A DNA stretch of 60,141 nt, the filler included, from Basidioascus undulatus (lineage: Eukaryota), in NCBI GenBank assembly GCA_000826855.1. It is 5 parts of 5 records of this genome, joined end to end, with 100 filler letters (N's around TTAATTAATTAA, not from the genome) between each part and the next. Parts side by side here need not be neighbours in the genome. Positions count along the whole stretch, not along the records: positions 36,413 to 44,260 come from JTLS01001480.1; positions 44,361 to 52,203 come from JTLS01001481.1; 3 more parts are not named here. One strand, 5' to 3'. The notes below the pieces were generated by a model that ran no database searches, was not told the origin of the DNA, and worked only from the letters and a program-made list of their open reading frames with translations. Shown here in pieces: positions 36,775-49,853 of this stretch (position 1 is its first letter; every line of letters starts with the position of its first letter). A program made the translations under genes and the position numbers.

Positions 36775-37235
36775 TAAGGACCGTAAGAATTAGAATTAGT
36801 AACGAGGGGTCGTTTGTTCGTAAATTGCTGAGATCGCAAGAGGTCGAGGTCGTTGGTCGTTGTGCGAGGGTGAGAGCGGAGAGCGGCACAGGGGCTCGGG
36901 CACGGGCCGAAGTGACGGCGACAAGGCGCGCGCGCGTGTGTTGCTTTTCTGTGGGCTCGCTTCCTGATTTTCCGTGCACTGTGTTGCGCCTGCACGCCAA
37001 TAATTGGTCACACAATTACTTGGGTACATGATTTCTCACATCTGCAACCCCCAAGTTTCAGCATGACCTAACAACCGGCCGACTCATGAGCCGCAGGCCG
37101 CACAGCGATGCGTCTCGACGACAACAACCAACAAAGCCCGCCCCGATCGGCGGTCACTCAAAATAACCCGGAAGGTGCATTGGGCTATGCACTAATTAGG
37201 ATCCAAGTAATGGATGAAGGCAGGTAAAGGGCGGG

Positions 37236-37709
37236 TGTAACAGCCCCATTCGAGTGCCTCAACTTTTCAACCAGCCGACACTCCGATTCGGCTCACTCGA
37301 CACGACTGACAAAAAGATGGAGGTGAGATCCTCTATCCCCCTAGGGCTAAGTTTGGGGCAAGTATGTGCGTTGGCCCCCGACACAAGGCTGAGGAGTGAA
37401 CCCGAACGGGAGGCCCAGCCAGAGACCATCAGGTTCCTCGCGGCCGGCAGGCATGTTCACCCCTTCAAAAGCACCACCATCCCGTAGAACAACTATTAAT
37501 CTGTACCCAATCCATGCTACCTGCATCCTACACCCGTCAAACCAAAGACTGTCCCTACCGGGCCACCCACGAGTCCCAAGACGATGCGAAAGTCAAGCAA
37601 CCATGTCTACAGCGATTGTGCCTGCTCATTAAAGAGCCCTGTACTTCTGAAATGCATATATTCCTCAAGTGAGCACATAAAAATCAAAGCAATTGAACCC
37701 CGACTTACA
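37236..37709 (+). mobile_element. possible LTR remnant
   Basis: TGTAA...TTACA termini 474 bp apart, preceded by a purine-rich tract (GAAGGCAGGTAAAGGGCGGG); internal TATTAAT and ATTAAA; no clear TSD. Confidence 0.3.
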
Positions 37710-38532
37710 GGGTCTAACGACCAGTGTACAAGTCCGCGAGCGTAAGCCTGACTTCCTGTTCAGTACCGCTCTTTCCCCTTCGTCGGCGCGTTTCTCCCTG
37801 ATTAGATACTTATGGTGGATATTTGCGTCCTCATACTGGTCTAGACAATCACATCGGCAAAATTGAGAGGGCCACAAGCAATGGTTCGCTGTGCTCTGGG
37901 AGGACTCGGCAGTAAATCTTCCTGGGCGAAGAGACTCAGCCTGTATTTCCAAGTATGTCCAACTGAAATTTCAAACTTTCCGTGCATTTCCTTCACAAAC
38001 TACGTAACAACGCACTGAAGAAGTTGAAAAGGCTGCGAGCGACAACAACGCCCAAAAGACGTCGCGATACGCCATCTGGACTACATTGGACTACAGTTTC
38101 GTTTCAGCAGACCCAACCTGTCCCTCGGTGACAATTAGACACCCTTATTTTGGGCAAAATAAGTCTAAGAGAGCAACTTATCGCACACGGCATGGTCAGG
38201 AAACCTGTGTTGGAGTCGGGCTGTACCGAGCCGAGCAGGCTTTGTACGCCGCTTTTACATTTGTTTGTCGCGTTCCAGAAAGAAGCATTCATTCGAACTG
38301 GAAGCTGGAAAGCGATAATATCTTTAATACAACACCAGGGAGGTCGTGTACCGTCCCGGTAGCCAGCGGCGACTGGCTGCGGCCAGGTGCTGACCTCGTG
38401 CGCCCAGTCGCGTGGCGGCAGACGATCCCATCAACTACCATCAGCCGCCCCCACGAGCGACGCCCCTCAGTCCTACTTAAATTCTCAGACTCCTCGTTTC
38501 ACCCATACTACAATCGTTCCTCCCCCCTCACC

Positions 38533-39648
38533 ATGCCCGGCCCGATCACCGCTATTCCGCCGGAGCTGGTCTCCCGCACCCTCGAGTTTGCCACCGGCGC
38601 CGGCCCTCAGCGGTGGACAAGCTCCAGTACATACTGCACTGCAAGAACTGAACGGTAGTCCGAGCTCTCGTGACCCTATAGATATGCTCTGAATGCTGAT
38701 GAGGCGGGTGTCCAGCCTATTGCGCTACCACTGCTCTACCACTCCATCACCCTGCACTCGACGGCGACCTGCTCTAAGCTGATCCAGTCGCTTCACCCAG
38801 ATGGTGCCCTTGATGTATGCCTCTCTTCCAAGATACGCTCCATTGAAGCCTCGATCGATGAGGCTGCCGACTTGCCGGAGACACTCTTCGAGGTTCTTGC
38901 CTCATGCCTATGCTTGAGTGTCTCGTCCTGCAGGAGATCAGTCCTGAATCTTTGCCATATGATGGTTCCCTCAATCATAATCACTTTCTGTTTTAATACT
39001 CGCTTACCTCTCTCACTGGAGTACACTTCACCAAGCCCGTCTCTGTGGTCGGCCGTTCTTGAATGGTCTTGGCCGCTTGATCTGTCTAGAAGTAGCGGTG
39101 GAAGGAGACTTGCCCACGACCAATCTTGGGACCCTTTCTTTACACAATCTGCAGCATTTATCCTGGGTCTCCATGGACCCTCTGACTTGTGAGGTTTCCC
39201 GCGAACTGCTGTGCCAGGCCGTGCTTCCCTCCTTGCCTGCCCTCAATATCTGAGGCTTTTCAACCGCATCACATGGCGCAACAGAGGTCGTGAACATCTT
39301 TGCGCGAATCTCCATGATCTCATGCTCCTCTCGCCGATATACCAGAGTATGACCATCGAAACCTTGACTGCTTGCCCACTTGTGGAAGTGCTTGAGCTCA
39401 GTTACGGGTTCGTATGTCGTGGGAGACCGTTGTTCGATTTGGTGCACCCTCTACTCGCCCACCTGTGCCTAATTATTGGGGAGCGAGAAGTCATTGACTT
39501 GGAGAACTTTGAGACCTTTTTTGAGAACACCGTTTGCGACCGAGTCCCACGGCTGTCGAGCATTGCGCTGGGCTGGGTAAAGCTAGACGCTGACGTGGAG
39601 CTCTGGTACAAGCGTGTCGAGGGTATCAAGCTTTCTACGAAATCGTAG
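38533..39648 (+). pseudogene. F-box-like/LRR protein pseudogene
   Basis: MPGPITAIPPELVSRTLEFA..., stops at 38656 and after; QPIALPLLYHSITL; later LRR-like ACPQYLRL, ACPLVEVLEL, VPRLSSIAL in shifting frames. Confidence 0.7.
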
Positions 39649-40936
39649 GCTCAGAAGAACTAGCCAGTCGCTGTAGTTGCTGAACGGAATCTGTCACAAC
39701 CAATGAATATCTACTTTGCAAGACTTTCTCGAGGTTTATATAGGACTGCCAAAGAGGGGAAGCCCGGACACCTAATCATTGACAGAGACGTGCGCGGCAT
39801 TCGTTGCACTCGGCAGCCGCCGTTGTCGGCACGTTGTGGGATATACTGGCTTTAAAATTGCGAAACAGCAACATTTTGCCTGGTCGCCGCTGCTGTATGT
39901 ATCTGCGAGATCGCAGTAATTCGAGCTCGAGACGTGAAAAGGCACGGTCCCTAGCACTTTATTAATATGTCCAGTACTGAGCCCCAAGCCAGTTAGAGTA
40001 AAAGATAAATGCGATTGTAATCAGGGCAAGAGAGGCGGGAAGGCGGAGGGAACACATTAAGTGACCATTGTCACCTTGCGACGGCTGTGCAGGATGCGAA
40101 GCTTCTAAAGACCCTACTCATTGCGCAGTAGAGACTTCATCACATTTTTTAAAGTATCTACCACCATTCTTGATCACGGCGGTCTTTGAAACTTATCAAT
40201 TGGTAGGCAAGGATTGCGTATGCTCCGCAGAGCTGCTACCAGTCCTTCATCTGGGGCCGCCAGCGAGCTCCACAGAGGCCGGATGTCCACATCAATAATT
40301 TTTTGCATGCAGGCTTTCTGATGACCATCGGATACAGTTCTAGTTCTGATAGACTCCTCGAGTCACCACGCGTGCTGCATCAACTAAGAGCGCTGACCGC
40401 AACGCTGTGATTGATGAAAATTGTTCATTTATTCCTGGTTTGTTTGAATATTCATGTGCCTTCTTATTAGTCTTGTGTGATATATTTCCTGATTTGGCCT
40501 GAATGCTTTAGCGGAACATGTTGCTGTACGCAAACTCGGCTTTGGAGTTGACAGTTCCCTCCCGCCGCGACATACCTGTGCACAGGCATAAACTAAGGAA
40601 AGGCATTCCGAGCCAGAAACACTCAGACTGTGTAAATATCCAGAATATTCAACTCAGTCCTAAACAAGATCATGGCCTTCACAAAGATTACTTGTGGCGG
40701 CGTGTTGGCGAGTTGAAAGAGCTGCGATAAGGCTGCGGGCGATAACGGCGCCCAGATGACGTCGCCGTGTCGGTCGCTGCGCAGTCGCGGTACCAGACCA
40801 ATGACCCGCTCCGCCTCCTCTCCTCTCTCTCTCTTCCATCTCGCCTCTTGTCCTCCTCCCACCGCTTGCCCTCCCACCTCAAGAATCCGCAGTCCGCATC
40901 CCCACACCCACCTCAACCACACCCTCCATCCCCACC

Positions 40937-41859
40937 ATGCCGTCCTCCTCCTCCTCCGCCCCTCCCCCCCCCCAGCCCCTCTCCACACCCTCTCCTCCCC
41001 CTCCCTGCTCAACACAACCCTGCACAGCACCTCTTCCCGCGCGCCGCGCCACCAGCATTCACATTCCGGACCTCCCGGGGGCTCCAAGCCGTGCGCGACC
41101 ATTACGAGGCAGTACGGCGCGCGCGAGCAGGGGGAGGACCAGGTTGCCATTGTTGAGTGGAGGGGCAGGCTGAGCTGGGGCTGGTTGAGGGGTGAGAAGG
41201 GGACGATTCGGCTGGAGGATGTGCTTAAGAGGCGATAGGGGAGGCAGGGGGGTGGAGAGGTGAATGAGGGGCAGGAGGAGGGCGAGGAGGAATCCAAAGG
41301 GAAGGGTGCGCGGAACGACCGGGCAGAGGAGGTCGAGGGAGGGTTGCGGTACGTCTTGCTGATAGGAGAACAAGACCCTAGTATCCCTCATGCTTTCCTT
41401 CAACATCCTTTCCATATTTACGGGCCCCTCCGGAACGACCTACAAGGGGACGCTATCGGACACCTCCGCCTCGTCGCCCCCACCCTGCGCTGCCATGCCT
41501 CTCTTCCACGCCTCCGCGCCTCGCCACCCTGCTGCTTCTCAACCCCCGCCACTCCTCCCCCAGCACCAACATCTCTAGCACCCTCTTCACCACCCCCTCC
41601 CTCACCCTCCCGCACCTCTCGCACGCCCCCTCGATCCCGTCCGTCCTCCAGCGCACTCACCTCTCCCCCCCCCCGCGCAGCGTTCCTCATCCGCCCCTTG
41701 CACCTGCCTGGCCTCGACGCGGTGCTCGTCACTGCGCTGATGTTCGAGATGAGCCTGGAGGAGCCCGGGCGAGTGAGCAGGGAAGCGAAGAAGGTGGATC
41801 GGAGGGCGGGAGAGCGGGAGAGGGAGAGGGAGGAGGAAGAAGAGGGGAAGAGGAACTGA
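40937..41859 (+). pseudogene. DUF6593-like basidiomycete protein, disrupted
   Basis: LSSPSLLNTTL...CATITR...VAIVEW...IRLEDVLKRR*; IFTGPSGTTYK; ...LDAVLVTALMFE; frameshift in a poly-C run and an internal stop. Confidence 0.45.
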
Positions 41860-42181
41860 GGGGGGTTGCGGAGCTTGTTTGGGAGGGGAGGTGTGGAGGC
41901 AGGGAAGGAGAGGAGGAGGGAGAGCAGAAAGGGAAGGGGAAGAGCTAAAGAGGGGGGAGAGGGGCAGGATCTTGAGATGGACAACGTCGATATTTCGCGC
42001 AGCGTGTGTTCTATGTCTTTATCCGGCAGGCCGTTGGTGCAGGTTGTTTCTTTGAACTCACTTTCCCAAAGAGGGAGGAAGCCCTGCATCTTGGAGGCAT
42101 CATCGCTGCTTGGACCAATTGCCGCGGACAGACGGAGCAAAGACGAGTGGATCAGCCATCGCATGCTGCAGCTGCCCGTCT

Positions 42182-43254
42182 TCACTGGCCTCCCTCTCCT
42201 CTCGCATTGCGTCCAGCCATTCCATCAACAACCGCACGACACAGCGATACCCGGCGCCTCCAGCGCACGCGACACTCCGATCCCCAGCACGCCAGCAAAC
42301 GCACACATCCGTGTTGCACAGAAAGCAAAGCAAGCACCTCCATCCCCTTCCCCTGCGCCGCCCCTCCATCCACCCCCGCACCACCCGTCAACTTCCTCTT
42401 CTTCTTCTTCCTCTTCCTCTTCTTCCCCGCGCCCTGGCCACCCCCCGCCGCTTTAGACGGCTCCACCGGTGTAAGATTCAGCACGTCCCCCCGGGGCTTC
42501 GGCAGCGTCTTCGCCGGCGCGGCATGCTTCGGGGGCATCTCGTCCCTCTCCTCGGAGTCGCTGGATGGCGACGAAGGCTCGGGCGGAGGCGCTGCGCCGT
42601 AGAACCCCCCCGGCGGCACCGGAGCGCTCATAACCTCCTTCTCCCGCGCCTGCTCCAGCGGGTCCTTCTGCACCCCCACCGCCTTCGGTGTCGGAGGGTC
42701 CGCCGCGGGCGGCCCAACGCCCGGCGCTGGATCCCCCCCGCGGGCGTGCTTTGCAAGGAGCTTCTGCTTCTTCTTCCCCGCGAACCCGTCGCTCGCGCGC
42801 GTCTTCCCCTTCCCCTTCCCCTTGAGCGCAGCGAAGCGGCTCCCCTCTTCCTCCGACTCCTCGGACCCGGCTGCGGGGGAGTGCGAAGGCGCCTCGTCGG
42901 AGGGGCCTTTCCGCTTCCCACCAGTCAGACGGCCTTTCAGGCGCGCGTCGGCGGTGCTGGACGCGGACGCGGAGGAGGCCGAGGAGGGTAGGGAAGCGCC
43001 GAGGCCGAGTCTGTCCGGCGCCGCCCCTGCTTCAGCTCCTCATTCCTTGACCTGGACACATGTTAAAGAAGGTAAGCGCACCGTTCCGGTCTCCTAGCAA
43101 GCACCTCCTCCTCCCTCCGCTTTTCCGCCGGCGCGCTCTTCGACCCCGCACGCCGCTTGGGCAGCCAGGAGGCGGTGAGGTCCCGCGCGACGGAGAGCGA
43201 GAGCGAGATCTGGGATTGCAGGGCGGAGGCGTCGAACTCCTCGGGGGCGGCCAT
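42182..43254 (-). CDS. conserved fungal basic protein, DUF3245-like
   Basis: MAAPEEFDASALQSQISLSLSVARDLTASWLP...RRPE | intron 43081-43011 | RLGLGA...ARLKGRL...SEESEEEGSRFAALK...VLNLTP...KKRKRKKKKRK; 3' end uncertain. Confidence 0.7.
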
Positions 43255-44077
43255 CAAGAGGTGGGGTCTGCACGTGGGAGCCACTGGGAGCCACGCGGGG
43301 AGGGGAGTATAAGTGGGAGTGTAAGAGGGTGCGTTGGTGGATGAGGTTTGAGGGTGGATGGGAGAAGTCGGGATTGAGAGCGCACGCGTATCGGAGAATG
43401 GGCGCGTTTCATCCAGAGCGGTTAGGACCGAAAGGGGGTTATTTGCGACGCCTGCTTTTTGTTTTTTTGGCCTCCTTACATGTTGACCTGCTTTGTACGA
43501 CTCAGTATTTTTGACTCTTACAACATTCAAGCCTCTGAGATCATGATTACTCCCTCTCCCGTCAGACCCACCCAGCGACAGTAGTCACCGCAAAAGCGTC
43601 TGCCACCCGCAGACCCTGACTGCCACTGACTGCACTCCCAGCTCGTCTCGGAGCCCACCGACACACATGGCTTCGAACTTCCCTCTTCTTCTCCGCTCCT
43701 CGCAGCGACGTCCAATCTGGACGTCCCGGTGGAGGCCCAGAAGGAAGGTCTGTCGAGGGACGAGGGACGAGGGGACTCAGGGCCCACCCTGGATCTCGCA
43801 ATCCATCGCGTCAAAGAGCGATCGAGGCGAGGCCTCCAGTCCGCGGCCGCTGCGTGCGCAGTCGGTGCGGCCCGATATTGTCGAGGACGCAAAAGCGAGT
43901 TCGACGTCGTTTGCCTCGGCCTGGCATCTTTCTCCTCTCCTCTTCATCAACAACCAGACACTCGCCCTCCTATTTCCTGGGCACTATCGAGCATCATGCC
44001 TACCCAACGAGCATTCATGTATGCTGTCATCCCCGCTGCCTAGCTTGGCACAGACTCACGCTCACACCACTCTCGGG

Positions 44078-44260
44078 ATGTACAGGCCTTCCGCCCCCCG
44101 CTCACTCCCAAAAGTATCCAACTACGAGCGCCGCGCGCCGCAGTCCGCGCTCCCACCCCCACTCCCACCGAAAGACTTCCCTTCCTCCTCCTCCTTCTCC
44201 TCCTCCTCCTCCTCCTTCTCCCAAAAGTATCCAACTACGAGCGCCGCGCGCCGCAGTCCG
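44078..44260 (+). CDS. possible 5' end of a Pro/Ser-rich protein (truncated by contig end)
   Basis: MYRPSAPRSLPKVSNYERRAPQSALPPPLPPKDF... Confidence 0.3.
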
Positions 44261-44360
44261 NNNNNNNNNNNNNNNNNNNNNNNNNNNNNNNNNNNNNNNN
44301 NNNNTTAATTAATTAANNNNNNNNNNNNNNNNNNNNNNNNNNNNNNNNNNNNNNNNNNNN
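44261..44360. other. artificial contig-joining linker
   Basis: N44-TTAATTAATTAA-N44. Confidence 0.98.
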
Positions 44361-45252
44361 CCCACTCCTCACCGACGACCTCGACTTCCCCGGGGCTGGG
44401 TGGTGCTCCACCCCCAACCCTAGCGCTCCTCCTCTCCCCCCTCGGTTTCACCCCCAGCACCCTCTCCTCCCTCCAGTCCTCCTCCCTCCCCCTCGCAGTC
44501 GTGCACCTCGAGCGCCCCGCCGAAGGGGGCAGGTGCAGGGGGGTCGTGTGGAATCGGGTTGCGGGGGAGGTGCTAGGTGGGGGGTTGCAGGTGAGGCGGG
44601 TGCTCGGAGGGGATGGGGCGGAGAAGGTTAGGATAAGGGTGGATGGTGCAGCGGGGGAATGGGAGGAGGAGCTGGATTGAGGACGGGAAATGAGGGCTGG
44701 ACGGAGGATACGGGCTCGCATTCGCATCACATCGCATCGTAATCGTACTCGCATTTCACTCGCAAGGCCCACAGCTCACTGCTCATTTGATATCATTCTC
44801 CATGCATTGCATACCCGCTTTCGATCGATCCCCGATGGCATCCATCCTCCCGCCTCCCTCCGACCCGCACCCACCTTTCTCCTCCGCAAAGCGCCCCAGG
44901 GGACTGAGAGCGTGCTTCCGAACTTCTCTTCTCGGTTGCGATGCGGGGGCCAGCTTGGATGGTGTCCTGCTCCTCAGGGGGAGCATGGTCCACCAGCGCT
45001 TGTGGAGGCGGACATGCCGATTTGGAGCGGCGGGAGGTATTAGGGGTGTGCGGTGCAGTTCAGGCATGCGATGGTGGTACGTACTGAACATTCCACCCGC
45101 AACAGTTAACAGTCGCGGACCTCCTCGACTGGACGCCACCACCTACCTACCCCTTTATCGCGTTCGTCTCTCTCCGGTCATTCCGCTCTGCCCGTCCTCT
45201 CGCCCCTCTCGCCCCCTCCGCAAATGCACGCCCTCCCCCTCCCGCACGTCCA

Positions 45253-46498
45253 TCATCTCTTGCCGGTATTGTGCGACCGGAATGTAAGGGTATAAGAGGA
45301 GCGATACGAAGTCTCTGCGTCCGTCTCGCAAGTTAATGAATTGCCGGCAAGGCGTGCGTTGTGGTCATTGACGGTTTCTGTTCCAGTACGCAGCTGGCAT
45401 TGGGGGACTGCCCTTGGACCACTGAAAATGCGACTGCCGTTGTGGACAGTGGGAGCGCTCGGTGTCAAAGTCGTTTCCGTTTTCATGCGCTGCAACGTTA
45501 CTGCAAAGGTTTCCTTGGCTCTGAAACCCAGTATCGATCTTAAGGGCAATGAAGGCGTGCACCCTGCTCGATGCTCGGGGAAATTCACGAAGCAGCCAAG
45601 TTCGGCATCAGCCATCCGGCAGACCATCATGCTGGGGAAGAAAATTTGATGCAGGACCTCGTTTGTCCACAGTGCCAGCTCACCGTACATCAGAACCCGT
45701 CCCAGTCCGGCATCACCTCCCGAACCTACCCTCTTGAGCAGCGCACCTCTCGCGTTGTCCCCGTACTCATCGGCGTACTCTTCCAACCATAGGGCCTTGA
45801 AAGAGCCCCCCGCCCGCGACTTTACAATCTCGGCCGTGTTGATGTGCGAGACACTCATCAGGTGGAGCCCAAGTAACAAAGGACACGTCACAGTGAGACG
45901 CAGCGTCGAGATAGGGAGGGACGCCCACACCGGTGCGTCGGATCCAAAGTCTCCCCCGAGCGATAGACAGTGCAGCGATGGGACGTCCAGGTGTTGAGCA
46001 GACCCAGCACGACCTCGTGGGCACCGGCCCTGTCTGGCATGCCCATGAGACGTCGAGACGCAGCAACAAGGAAGCCGATTCCGGCCGGAGAACCTGCAAA
46101 GCTTCGCAGACAACCCGGATCTTTAAGAGTGAATCCAGCCACGCTTCGATTTTGCGCGTCTTGACAGCTCTGCATGAAACGAGAATGGCCCTGATGATGG
46201 TGTCGTGGTGCATAGCGTGCGGTCGAGCGACAATGACGAGCGTCGATACCCGTTCCGCCCCATGCTCGTGCTTGCGAACGGACGGAACATGTCGCACTTC
46301 GAGAATGTGGTGAGGCCCACGCTGATCTCGTAATGATTTATTGCAAGGGGCTTGAGATGCTTGCAGATCAAAAGCGAAAAGAAAGACGAAGTTCCGGGAG
46401 CGGGCGCGGATGGCGGCAAGTTGGAGTCGTCAGCGACGTACGCCTCGAAAACGATCTTCCGCAAGGATCTCGTTCGGGAAGTCGAGGATGTGAGGCAT
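45253..46498 (-). pseudogene. F-box-like protein pseudogene (left arm of mirror cassette)
   Basis: MPHILDFPNEIL/frameshift/RKIVFEAY...SLLICKHLKPLA...IIRAILVSCRAV...VCEALQVLRP...PSLHCLSL; several frameshifts. Confidence 0.7.
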
Positions 46499-47020
46499 AC
46501 TGCCAAAAGTGAACCCTTTAGGGTCTTTGAGAGTTGAAGAGGAAGGTGGTGATGGTGGGAAGCGAAAAGGGGCACCGGGAAGGAAGAACCTCAGACTGCA
46601 TTCCTGTGCTGGCCGCTGGATCCGACCAAGTATGCAAAATGCCTCCGATGCTCTTCCCATGGACTTCTAATGAATGCAAGCAAGCGTATCATACATGCAC
46701 TTCTAGTGAAACGGCTTTCGCTCGGCCGGCCGACTTGAAACAGGCAGATTCAACAACCCCGGCCTGGAATGCAGAACGCAGAGCGTCCGGCTGCAAGGCA
46801 GCAGAACAGGGTATAGCATGGTTTGGGCGAGACGGTCGCATGTAATACTTTCCAATTAAATCTTGTCGCTGTTGGAACTGATGAATGTTTCGAAACCGGG
46901 ACAGCCTAGGGCAACCTGGGCGATGCGGCCAGACCAGCGTCGGGAAGGGCGTGTTGTAATACAACGTCACGAGAACGTGCATAATATCAGAATGCGTAGA
47001 TAAAGGCGTTCGAGCGGGGT

Positions 47021-47881
47021 CTAGCCAGTGCGCAGGCGCTTGGATGCGCCAGCATCGCCAGCATGGCCTTCCCTCCTCGTCGCGCTCGCCATCTCCCTCT
47101 CCCTCGTGCACACGTTTCTCACCCCGATTTCCCTGACCACCCGACTCGCCTTCTCCCGCACCGCTCTCAGGCCTCCTCTCACCTTGGCCTTCAGGCCCAC
47201 GCTCCTCGCCCCTTCCGCCTGATCCTTCCCCCTCGATCTGTGAGGTTCGCTTCCGCGCCTTCCCAAGATTCCAGAGCTCAGTCAGGACAGCAAGGTACGC
47301 GTTGAGGTGAGTAACCTCGAGAGGCTTATCGGGAAGGTGCACCGAGGTCGCAGGGTCATCGCAGAAGAACGGGTCGGCCGGCGTGAACTGACGAGCAAGA
47401 GGATCAATGTCGCCTGCAAAAGTAGAACCATCTGAGCTCTACTCGGAGTAATGTATTCACGAAAGCATCCTCGTAGGCTTAGCTGAACTACTGCGGCCCC
47501 CGCTACCGACGCTACATAGCTCGCTGCTCGTGAAACAACATGCATGCACGCACGAGGAATCCAGTTATCTGGCCTGTCAATGCTCCAAGCCTCGCAGAGC
47601 AGCTCAAGCTCGCGGGCGGCGTCGATGTGGTACAGTAAAGTAACGGAAAAAAACCCGGTAAGTTGCCTTGGTCCGCGCCACCACTTCTGGATCCGATACA
47701 CATACTCGTGTTTGGACGACACAAACACGGCCCAGTCGACATCATCGCCCTCCGTCTGCGTGACGATGCATTTATTCAAATAGCATTGCTCGAGCCGGGC
47801 AACATTGCCGAGCCGCGGACCTTGAGCAGTGTCGCTGGGGCCGCCTGACGCAGCACCTGGAGCGGGCGCGTTCGTCGACAT
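47021..47881 (-). pseudogene. fungal HNH-endonuclease-like protein, copy A (disrupted)
   Basis: RLGNVARLEQCYLNKCIVTQTEGDDVDWAVFV...ELELLCEAWSIDRPDNWIP...PLEVTHLNAYLAVLTE, acidic Gly-rich tail, ends SKRLRTG*; the LRxDLH exon appears lost. Confidence 0.6.
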
Positions 47882-48342
47882 AGAGGTGTTGAGGTGGTGG
47901 ATACGGATCGGATGGAAGGAGGAGAAGAAGAGACTTTCAGGATAAAAGCAATCTTTTTTAATGGATTTTGCAATTTTCCCGGTTGTTTGATTCCCCCATC
48001 GATATCAAGGCTCACGTTCCCGTCCTGCCCCTCGAAGCTCTCCAGCGATCTTGCTCGGTCCCCGTCGCCTCGAAACCCGGCCTGCCCCAATCCATCCCCT
48101 CGTCTTCCTCTTCTGCAACCCTATGTCTGGCAAGCGACTGCATACCACTAATGCGCAAAACTCTGTATTCTTGAGGGAGACACATGAGAGCGGGAAAGTT
48201 CGTTTCCGACCAGCCTGCTCAAGTATTCCTGCTCGCCTCTTTCAGTTACCAATCATCCTAACTCTCACCACCCGGTCCTCCCATTCTCCACGTCTTCCCA
48301 TACGCATATATCCCTCTTCCGCCTCCTCCTTCAGACAGACCC

Positions 48343-49427
48343 ATGCCCGACCCGGCCTACCCTCTACACCTCGGCACGCTTGCCCAGCTCAACGAGTGGT
48401 ACGAGCAGAAGTGCATCGTGACGGGCGCGACGGAGGACGTCGACTGGGCGATGTTCGTCCCTCCTACGCGCAACGTATGCTTTTCAGAATCTCTCCCCAC
48501 AAATTAAGACTGAGGTACCTAGTTGGGATATACGGCTCGATAGATGGACGACGCGCTGGAGCTGGAGCTGGTCGATGAGTGGTGGAAGCCTGAATACCCA
48601 GACAACTACCTCCCGCGTTGGTCCAACCCTGCGAATCCCAAACTCTGACTAGATCAACTAAATTCCAGGGGGGAAGGGGGGGAACAGTGCGAAAAGACTT
48701 GCACCTTCTCCTCGAAAACGAGACGCTCGCGTCCCCTCCAAGCGGGTGATGAAAGAGTCCATCTACTTGCAGGAGCTCTATGCTTGGAAAATCCGAGTTG
48801 GTATGAGGCCGGTACAGGAAGACGATGACTACGGGGACAGCCTTGTAAGTCCTCTTTGGAAACCGACAGGCTGCTGCAGGGCGGCTCAGTGTTCCTTCGC
48901 TATCAGTTCACCCGGCCGAGCCATTCGGCGTCTTCCTCTGCAAAGAACCAAAGTCTTCTCCCGGCGCAACCACCTCCTCTCCCTCCCCTCAGAGCCACTC
49001 GACATCCCTTCCGAGCCACTCGACGTTGTCCTCCACCTCAACGTGCACCTCGCCATCCTAACCGAGTTTTCAAAGCTAGCAGGAGACCAGAAGCGTCCCC
49101 CGCGAGTGGAATGCTGCCTGGCGCTCGCGAGGTATTCGGTTCATCTGTGGCGCGTCCATGCGCTCGCTTGCGAGGCCCCTTCTGAGGGGCGCCCGGCGGG
49201 ACTGGGATTTGAGGCGCCGAGCCACCCGCCTGGGCTCAAGCGTGAGCTGGTGTGCGTTAAGTTTACCTGGATTTAACGAGCGGGCTGAAATCTTTGACGG
49301 TCGAAGTAGGTAAACGAGAAGAAGCGGTGGTGGGGAGGTTGGGGATGGAGACATCGACGGGGACGGAGACAGTGATGAGGAAGAGGGCGCGGCACCTGGC
49401 CCATCCAGGCGGCAGCGCACTGGCTAG
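48343..49427 (+). pseudogene. fungal HNH-endonuclease-like protein, copy B (disrupted)
   Basis: MPDPAYPLHLGTLAQLNEWYEQKCIVTGATEDVDWAMFVP | MDDALELELVDEWWKPEYPDNYLP | (intron 48617-48687) LRKDLHLLLENETLA, frameshift, VPSKRVMKE...PLDVVLHLNVHLAILTE, acidic tail, ends SRRQRTG*. CIVTG...NxxxLRxDLH matches the HNH_2-type pattern. Confidence 0.65.
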
Positions 49428-49853
49428 AAGCGTCCAGAACTTACTAATCAGCTTGATTGTTCAGAAGATCCAACTTTTTCATAGACGTGTATGAAATAAG
49501 AACGTTGGCATCGTCCCGCATGCCATCCAGAATGGGGACCCATCATGTGGGATGGATGACTTCGTTGCCTCAGTTGTCATTCAAATAGTATTGCGTTGAT
49601 CCGCGAAAACGAAGGAAAAAATATCTCAGATCGAGATGACATTGTATCCACAGACTGCTTCGCGACATACGAAGGCAAGAGGGTATTTTGAGTCGGAAGT
49701 CCGCGAAACCTTGGGCGCTGCGGCCCTCTTTGCGGCTTGCCTTCCCACCATCATCTCACCGTTCGCTTCCTCATCTTCAAGGCCCGCTTCCTTGAATCAA
49801 CTCGCCACTTCTACCATTCAGCTGACTAACACGCACTCCGGACCATCCGCACA

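Noticed and set aside
44105..44260. Exact 43-bp direct repeat (44105-44147 and 44218-44260)
   Set aside because: The second copy ends exactly at the contig end beside a low-complexity CCT tract; probably an assembly artefact, and not CRISPR-like (two copies only, eukaryote)
44361..44720. Possible second DUF6593-like 5' end (LILTFSAPSPPSTRL)
   Set aside because: Low complexity, truncated by the contig end, and similarity too weak
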